A model generated the notes under the pieces. That model did not search any database and was not told the origin of the DNA. It saw only the letters and a list, made by a program, of their open reading frames with translations. Below, piece by piece: positions 58,539 to 64,000 of a stretch of DNA of 64,000 nucleotides. Position 1 is the first letter of the stretch. Every line of letters starts with the position of its first letter. The stretch is from an uncultured Gammaproteobacteria bacterium (lineage in GTDB: Bacteria > Patescibacteriota > Patescibacteriia > UBA1558 > GWA2-36-10): contig CAZEWH010000003.1 in assembly GCA_964515785.1 (NCBI GenBank), forward strand, positions 16,013 through 80,012, written 5' to 3'. Position numbers and translations under genes: made by a program.

Positions 58539-60122
58539 ATGTCCAAAAACAAATGGCTAAACAAAATACAAAAATATAAGCTAGATTATGTGGCTTTATT
58601 TGTTTTGGTGGGTGGCTATTTTACCAAATTGCAATGGAATAATTATATTGGTGATCCAGATGGTTTTTATCATACCAAAATAGCTCAATTTTTAGGCGAC
58701 GGCATTGTTCTCAAAAGCTTACCTTGGATGCAATTTAGTACTCTGACAAATAATTTTACTGATCATCATTTTTTATATCATATCTTACTTGTTCCTTTTA
58801 CTTATTTTAACGATCCGTTGATTGGTATAAAAATAGCTACTGTTTTATTTGCTACTGTGATGGTTTTAGTTTTTTATTGGCTATTGAAAAAATTTGATCT
58901 AAAATATGCTTGGATTTTTGCCTTACTATTTATTACTATGGAAGCAACTATTTTTAGATTAGGTCTAGTCAAGGCCAATTCTCTATCTTTGTTGATTATT
59001 TGGTTTTTGATTTATGCTTTATACCAAAAAAAATACTGGTTAACAGTATTGCTTGGTTTTATTTTTGTCTGGCTATATGGTGGCTGGCCAATTAGTCTTA
59101 TTATTCTAGTTACTTATTTGATAGCTGAATATATTTATAAAAAAATACACACAAATAAATTAAAAATATTTTGGTCAAAAATTATTCGTGTATTTTATCA
59201 AAAACCAGGCAATAATTTCAAAATATCTTTGAGTTTAATAGCTGGTTTGATATTAGGCCTAATCATCAATCCATATTGGCCAAAAAATTTGTACTTTTAT
59301 TACCAACAAATTGTCCAGATTGGCATAGTCAATCTAGGGCAACAAATCACAGTGGGTGGTGAATGGTATGGTACTAATCTGATGGCTATTATATCATCTG
59401 GAGCACATATTTTTGTATTAGCTAGCGTAATCTTTATTATTTTGGTGCTAAATCATAAAATAATTAGCCGACAAACTTGGTTTAGTTTTATATTGTCTTT
59501 GATATTTTTATTGTTAACTCTCAAATCTCGTCGTTATGTAGAATATTTCTGGCCTTTTGTATTATTTTTTACAGCTTGTGGCCTGACTGATATTATTAAA
59601 AAATTTAATTGGTCTGTTATCAAAAAATTCTGGCGTAGCATATCTAGTTTTCAAAAAGTTTATTTAGGAATCGTTAGTACTGTTTTTATTATTTTTATAT
59701 TGGTGCCGGTTTGGCAAAATATTATCGAAACTAAAATTCCACACAATCATGCCATCAACAAATTTGAAGCAGCGACCACTTGGTTGGCGTCCAATACTCC
59801 TCCTCAATCAATTATTTTGCATAGTGATTGGGATGAATGGCCAATACTATTTTATAATAATGATCAAAATTATTATATTATGGGTCTTGATCCAACTTTT
59901 ATGTATAATTTTGACAAAGATTTGCACCAAAAATTTGTCTCCATCACAACTGGTAAATATAAATACAATCTAGACAAACAAATCAAACAATCTTTTGATG
60001 CTGATTATATTTTTGTAGAAAAAAAGAGCCACCAGGCTCTAATAAACAATTTGGAAGAAAATCAAAATATTAATTTAGTCTATGAAGATGAATTATCGCA
60101 AATTTATTTTATTGAAAATTAA
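58539..60122 (+). CDS. large polytopic membrane protein (GT-C-like glycosyltransferase fold?)
   Basis: 527 aa, more than 10 helices; no catalytic motif confidently read. Confidence 0.4.
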   Translation: MSKNKWLNKIQKYKLDYVALFVLVGGYFTKLQWNNYIGDPDGFYHTKIAQFLGDGIVLKSLPWMQFSTLTNNFTDHHFLYHILLVPFTYFNDPLIGIKIATVLFATVMVLVFYWLLKKFDLKYAWIFALLFITMEATIFRLGLVKANSLSLLIIWFLIYALYQKKYWLTVLLGFIFVWLYGGWPISLIILVTYLIAEYIYKKIHTNKLKIFWSKIIRVFYQKPGNNFKISLSLIAGLILGLIINPYWPKNLYFYYQQIVQIGIVNLGQQITVGGEWYGTNLMAIISSGAHIFVLASVIFIILVLNHKIISRQTWFSFILSLIFLLLTLKSRRYVEYFWPFVLFFTACGLTDIIKKFNWSVIKKFWRSISSFQKVYLGIVSTVFIIFILVPVWQNIIETKIPHNHAINKFEAATTWLASNTPPQSIILHSDWDEWPILFYNNDQNYYIMGLDPTFMYNFDKDLHQKFVSITTGKYKYNLDKQIKQSFDADYIFVEKKSHQALINNLEENQNINLVYEDELSQIYFIEN

Positions 60123-61920
60123 TTTTTTCAGTAATATTTTCTAATTCCAGGTCTACTTCCAAATTTTTTATCTTGCTAAGCATATTATTACCCTGCCAAG
60201 CAAAAATCTGATAACTATCTATATCTTGATCTAGATAATAATAAAAACTAACCAAGCCATCTATTCCTAAGCCATAGTCTAAAGGCATATCAAAATAAGT
60301 ATTTTGATTATAAAATCTAATTAAATAATTTTTATCTTCTATGTTTTGCGTAATCTGCAAAATATTTTGTTTGTCTGTTTTTATAAGCTCCCAATCAGTT
60401 GGCTTGTCTACTATTTTATATAAATCTAAATTATTGTCTGCATGTTTATCTTTATGTTGCCATAATAATAAATTATTATTGACTTTTATTAAATTATAAT
60501 CTTTTAAAAATTCTCGCCATTTTCTTGGGGCCATATCTTTGACATCTTGCAAAAAAATACTACTGTCAAGCTCTGTTAAACAAGCTAAAAAGTCACTATA
60601 ATCTATAATTATAAAATCTACTTGAGGAGGGTCAAATTTTGCAGAATCTAGCTGACCTTCCCCAAAATAAGAATAACAAATCGGATATATATTTTGACGA
60701 CTACTAAAATTAGTTATTAATTTATCACTAATTATTAAAGAATCTGAGCCTGTAATTAAGCTTGAATAATTATTTATAATTTTCTGATAATCTTTGTCTG
60801 TTTGGTGAGCTAAAATATTTTTGATCGGCGAATAAAATATCAAAAAATACAAAGTACTAAAAGCTAACAATATAAAAATAATATTTTTGTATTTTTTATT
60901 AAATATTTTATTGACCCCAAAAATCAAAGCAATAAAAATGCCTGGCAACATACTCATAATATAATAACCAGAATAAACAATCACATCAAAACCACGCGCT
61001 GTCATCAAATATTGCAGTAGTGGAAATATCATTAAGCATAAATATTTGACACGCTTGAGTGGTATGAGTAATAAAGGCAATAAAACAAAAATAATCCCTA
61101 CTATATTTTGCCATTTGAATATATGTTGAATAACTTGAAGTGGGTGACTTAGCCAAGATAATAAAATACTCAGCAAACTATCTCCTCCTAGCCAAGCATA
61201 ATAAACCAAAAACTGACTACTATCTAAGGGCGAGAAAAAATTTATAGTTTTGTAAGCTATTACAAAATATATAACAGAAATAATTACTGGTGTTAAAATA
61301 TATTTTAATTTTTTCTTATCTATCAAGGCCAAGATACTAAAACCTGATGTTATCAAAAAAATATCTTCTCTAACTAATAAAGCTAAAATCAAAAATAATA
61401 TAAATATTTTAAAATTATTTTTTTTATAAAAATAAAATGCCCAAAATATAAAAAATGGCACCAGAGTAATAAGGTGAAATTCAAATAAATTTGCATTATG
61501 TATAAATGGATTAAGCAGCCATAGTATAGAAATAAATAATGCTAATAAATTATTTTTAAAAACTTTATTAGTAATCAAATATAAAGGCCAAGCAGCCAAA
61601 GCTAAAATAGAACTTTGTAATACTAATAAAATTTCTGGAGACTGCTTTATATAATAAAAAGGCAATAGCAAAAATATAATCGGTGTAAAATGATCAGCTA
61701 AATAGCTTTTTAAATTAACTGTATTAGCTAACAAATCTCCATGGATAGTGTTGAAAAAAGTTTGATTCAAAATTGCTAAATCTAGAATATTATAATCAAA
61801 ATTATAATATTTTTTTAGGCTCAAAAAACTAAATAAAATAATATAAGCTAGTATTAAAAGCCATAGTATTATCTTACCGGGGCCCCCCCGGGGGGGGGGG
61901 GGCGGGCCGCTTTTAGGCAA
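60109..61920 (-). CDS. large polytopic membrane protein; annotated start lies inside G/C homopolymer tract and is probably not native
   Basis: 603-aa ORF whose first 16 codons (MPKSGPPPPPRGGPGK, TTG start) are encoded by the G/C tract at 61877-61910; remainder AT-rich multi-TM. Confidence 0.4.
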   Translation of the reverse strand: MPKSGPPPPPRGGPGKIILWLLILAYIILFSFLSLKKYYNFDYNILDLAILNQTFFNTIHGDLLANTVNLKSYLADHFTPIIFLLLPFYYIKQSPEILLVLQSSILALAAWPLYLITNKVFKNNLLALFISILWLLNPFIHNANLFEFHLITLVPFFIFWAFYFYKKNNFKIFILFLILALLVREDIFLITSGFSILALIDKKKLKYILTPVIISVIYFVIAYKTINFFSPLDSSQFLVYYAWLGGDSLLSILLSWLSHPLQVIQHIFKWQNIVGIIFVLLPLLLIPLKRVKYLCLMIFPLLQYLMTARGFDVIVYSGYYIMSMLPGIFIALIFGVNKIFNKKYKNIIFILLAFSTLYFLIFYSPIKNILAHQTDKDYQKIINNYSSLITGSDSLIISDKLITNFSSRQNIYPICYSYFGEGQLDSAKFDPPQVDFIIIDYSDFLACLTELDSSIFLQDVKDMAPRKWREFLKDYNLIKVNNNLLLWQHKDKHADNNLDLYKIVDKPTDWELIKTDKQNILQITQNIEDKNYLIRFYNQNTYFDMPLDYGLGIDGLVSFYYYLDQDIDSYQIFAWQGNNMLSKIKNLEVDLELENITEKINFQ

Positions 61921-61998
61921 TATTAAAAAAATATAAAAATTATAAAAAAAAAACTATTTTATCACCCCGCCCCCCCGCCGGGGGGCCCCCCCCCCGGA
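61877..61998. repeat. pair of G/C homopolymer-rich tracts flanking a 53-bp pure A/T spacer
   Basis: CCGGGGCCCCCCCGGGGGGGGGGGGGCGGGCCGC ... 53 nt A/T ... ACCCCGCCCCCCCGCCGGGGGGCCCCCCCCCCGGACC; nothing like it elsewhere in window. Confidence 0.7.
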
Positions 61999-62089
61999 CC
62001 TCACTATTTCAGCTAATTTATCCATTAATCTAATTATAGCAAATTATGAGAAATTATTTTAACATGTGGATGCGGAGTATCTTTATGTG

Positions 62090-62118
62090 TTGACAAAAGC
62101 CAAAAAATATGATATAAT
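62090..62118 (+). promoter_or_regulatory. perfect consensus sigma70 promoter TTGACA-17-TATAAT driving lipoprotein gene
   Basis: exact hexamers, 17-nt spacer; AAGGAG 8 nt upstream of ATG at 62190. Confidence 0.55.
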
Positions 62119-62189
62119 ACTATATTCATGAGACATTCATGGACAAATAGCTAAAACGGCTAAAACAGCCCTTTCCAAGGAGATAAATA

Positions 62190-62876
62190 ATGAAAGCCAT
62201 CAAAGTGATGTTGCTGCTACTTGCGTGCCTGAGCTTGCTCCTGGTGGGCTGTGGACAGCAAACCAGGACCACAAGTGGAGTCAAAATCGGTAGCTGGCCT
62301 CGTGGCAAAGATGCCACTGGAAGCAAGGTGATCGTCAGCGCCTCTTTTCAGAACAAATACAAATACCCCGTTGAGATCGCAATCAACAACGAGGATTTTG
62401 TTCTGATTCCGAGTGGTAAGAAATTTCCTTTCCGATTCAAGACTCATCACCAGGTCAGATATACTGTCCGGGCTGAAGTGGACAACGGCTATGATACCCA
62501 ACGTACCACAATCGAAGTCCAACGCTCCGGGCTATTCACCTACGGCGATGTGATTGTCATCAACGAAAACTTCATTCGCGATGCTTGTGAAGTGGTTGGT
62601 ATCATTACCAACAACCGCGGTTGGGAGATTACTTTCTGGCATTCTCAGGGTAGTAAACGCTGGGTCTTGAAACCTGGTCAGAGTACAGAGAAAATTACCA
62701 TTCTCTCTATTCCAACTACCTTCCACTGGGAGATCAGTGACCCTGACTACAGACAAAGTATGTTTGGAGTCAAGAGGCATCGGCCAACCTACTCTTATAA
62801 AGTCAATATCAATCAGAGCGCTGATTTTTACTGGCAGGGAGAGTGGCTCCACTGGCATTTTCCTCTTAATGATTGA
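62190..62876 (+). CDS. lipoprotein, GC-rich (island J)
   Basis: signal peptide with lipobox LLVGC; 228 aa; GC-rich codons; consensus promoter + SD + terminator. Confidence 0.6.
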   Translation: MKAIKVMLLLLACLSLLLVGCGQQTRTTSGVKIGSWPRGKDATGSKVIVSASFQNKYKYPVEIAINNEDFVLIPSGKKFPFRFKTHHQVRYTVRAEVDNGYDTQRTTIEVQRSGLFTYGDVIVINENFIRDACEVVGIITNNRGWEITFWHSQGSKRWVLKPGQSTEKITILSIPTTFHWEISDPDYRQSMFGVKRHRPTYSYKVNINQSADFYWQGEWLHWHFPLND

Positions 62877-62887
62877 CACGGTCAATC

Positions 62888-62928
62888 AAAAACCCCTTCG
62901 TCTTCACGAAGGGGTTTCTTTTTTTATA
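62888..62928 (+). terminator. rho-independent terminator
   Basis: AACCCCTTCG-TCTTCA-CGAAGGGGTT + TCTTTTTTTAT. Confidence 0.65.
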
Positions 62929-62933
62929 AAAAA

Positions 62934-63314
62934 TTATGGTATTGGGTCTGGATTACCTTCACCGTCACCAATTACACCTTCAGATAACAAACCATCAAAG
63001 ACAAATTTGACAATGGCATAGGCAGCAATGACAATCACCAGACCAATCGTAGCATTGACCATGACTTCTTTAGCTTCTTTGATTTTATCAGCATTACCCA
63101 CTGAAGTCATCCAGGTCAAACCACCCCTAACAATCAAAATAACAAAAATCAAACCCAAGACAGAAAGAATAGTATTTATTATTTTATTTATCACTTCTGG
63201 TAATGATCCTTGAAACATACCTGCACCAGCTACATCCAAACCAAAATTAGCAGCATTGGCTGTAGTTGGAAGCAATAAAACAAATAAAATTATTTTGTTG
63301 ATAAATCGTTTCAT
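62934..63314 (-). CDS. small secreted two-helix protein, VirB2/TrbC-pilin-like (paralog 1)
   Basis: Sec signal peptide ending ANA; mature about 100 aa with two hydrophobic helices; conserved GG(L/F/I)xWMTSxGN motif shared with two neighbours. Confidence 0.35.
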   Translation of the reverse strand: MKRFINKIILFVLLLPTTANAANFGLDVAGAGMFQGSLPEVINKIINTILSVLGLIFVILIVRGGLTWMTSVGNADKIKEAKEVMVNATIGLVIVIAAYAIVKFVFDGLLSEGVIGDGEGNPDPIP

Positions 63315-63392
63315 AAAATTTGAAATTTTAGTCCAAGCCCTAGTAGGCCAAAAAATGGCCTACTATAGTCTAGACTAAATATGTGCCTAAAA

Positions 63393-63746
63393 TTAAACTA
63401 CGTCGTCTTGTAATGAATTTAATACAAATCTGGCGATAGCGTAGGAGGATAAAATAATAACTAAACCAACAACGCCGGCTCCAATTAATTTTTTAGCTTC
63501 ATCTACTTTTTCAGTATTACCTTGAGAAGTCATCCATTTGAAACCACCCATCAAAATAATAACAGTAGCTAAAATGCCCAAGAAACCTAAAACAATATTA
63601 ATAATAGCAGCAATAGAGTCTCTTAGATTTTTGGTACCTAAATTTGTACCTGAATCTAGTAGATCATCAGTACCATATTGAGCCATAGCGTGTGGTGCTG
63701 CTAGCATAGGCATCACAACTAATAAAGAATAGTATAGTTTTTTCAT
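63393..63746 (-). CDS. small secreted two-helix protein, VirB2/TrbC-pilin-like (paralog 2)
   Basis: signal peptide ending AMA; GGFKWMTSQGNTEKVDEAKK motif. Confidence 0.35.
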   Translation of the reverse strand: MKKLYYSLLVVMPMLAAPHAMAQYGTDDLLDSGTNLGTKNLRDSIAAIINIVLGFLGILATVIILMGGFKWMTSQGNTEKVDEAKKLIGAGVVGLVIILSSYAIARFVLNSLQDDVV

Positions 63747-63826
63747 CTAGTCACCCCCTTTCTAAGGAAATTTAAATTTATTAATTATCTATATTATAAA
63801 ACAAATTAACTTTGAGGACAAGTTAC

Positions 63827-64000
63827 TTATCCAACCAGTGAAGTAAATAAAAAGTTCAAAATCACATAAGAAAAGAAAATAAAGGCCAAACCAAGTATGG
63901 CCCAAACAATAGTGTCTTTGCCTTTTTTGATCCTATCAGCATTACCCTGAGAGGTCATCCAAGTAATGCCACCCCAGACCAGATAAAACAAAGCAATGGC
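63827..64000 (-). CDS. small two-helix protein paralog 3 (C-terminal part only; gene runs off window end)
   Basis: reverse translation ...WGGITWMTSQGNADRIKKGKDTIVWAILGLAFIFFSY... stop at 63827. Confidence 0.3.
   Translation of the reverse strand, partial: AIALFYLVWGGITWMTSQGNADRIKKGKDTIVWAILGLAFIFFSYVILNFLFTSLVG

Noticed and set aside
61877-61998. G/C homopolymer tracts as a CRISPR repeat or integron attC
   Set aside because: There are only two imperfect copies with an A/T-only spacer. There are no regularly spaced repeats and no R''/L''/L'/R' core-site pattern.
62217-63213. ORFs 62217-62522 (-), 62532-62885 (-), 62737-63021 (+), 63028-63213 (+)
   Set aside because: They are antisense or overlapping frames of the lipoprotein gene and the pilin-like gene. 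Signal peptide, lipobox, promoter and SD support the chosen frames.

Overview
This 64-kb window comes from an AT-rich bacterium whose gene content suggests a reduced, CPR/Patescibacteria-like genome; this taxonomic placement is an inference from gene content only. The backbone is ordinary housekeeping. Genes called by sequence motif are rpsA, ftsH, a PilB/GspE pilus ATPase, valS, tsaE, tsaD, trmB, glmS, nusA, a membrane H+-pyrophosphatase, trigger factor, polA, holA, rpsT, truB, uvrB, PBP1A, tyrS, ruvC and yebC. There are four tRNAs (Glu, Cys, Leu, Gly) and a 7.4-kb alpha-glucan cluster (two GlgA, GH57, an APH-fold kinase, GalT-like, beta-PGM). The backbone genes essentially lack Shine-Dalgarno sequences. 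The unusual feature is a dozen or more small islands that are visibly GC-richer and use different codons. Each island holds one to three short ORFs, and every ORF carries a near-perfect AAGGAGG Shine-Dalgarno sequence at 5-8 nt spacing and its own hairpin terminator. Several islands sit exactly between host terminators or beside tRNA genes, and no integrase, transposase or recombinase is visible. Most island ORFs are ORFans. Exceptions are a CoaD (PPAT) - P-loop kinase fusion with a DUF3307-like membrane partner, a DUF218-like protein, a zinc-ribbon mini-protein, a 21-aa peptide mini-gene and a lipoprotein driven by a consensus sigma70 promoter. Two pairs of unrelated islands share nearly identical 5'-UTR modules. 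Other oddities are a pair of G/C homopolymer tracts around 61.9 kb that replace the start of a membrane-protein gene, a 300-bp GC-rich non-coding block at 5.4-5.7 kb, a family of three-stem GC-clamped intergenic repeats, a tandem array of VirB2-like small secreted two-helix proteins, an AsnRS catalytic-core paralog and an archaeal-type CarS-like lipid gene. No CRISPR array, rRNA or recognisable mobile-element gene was found.
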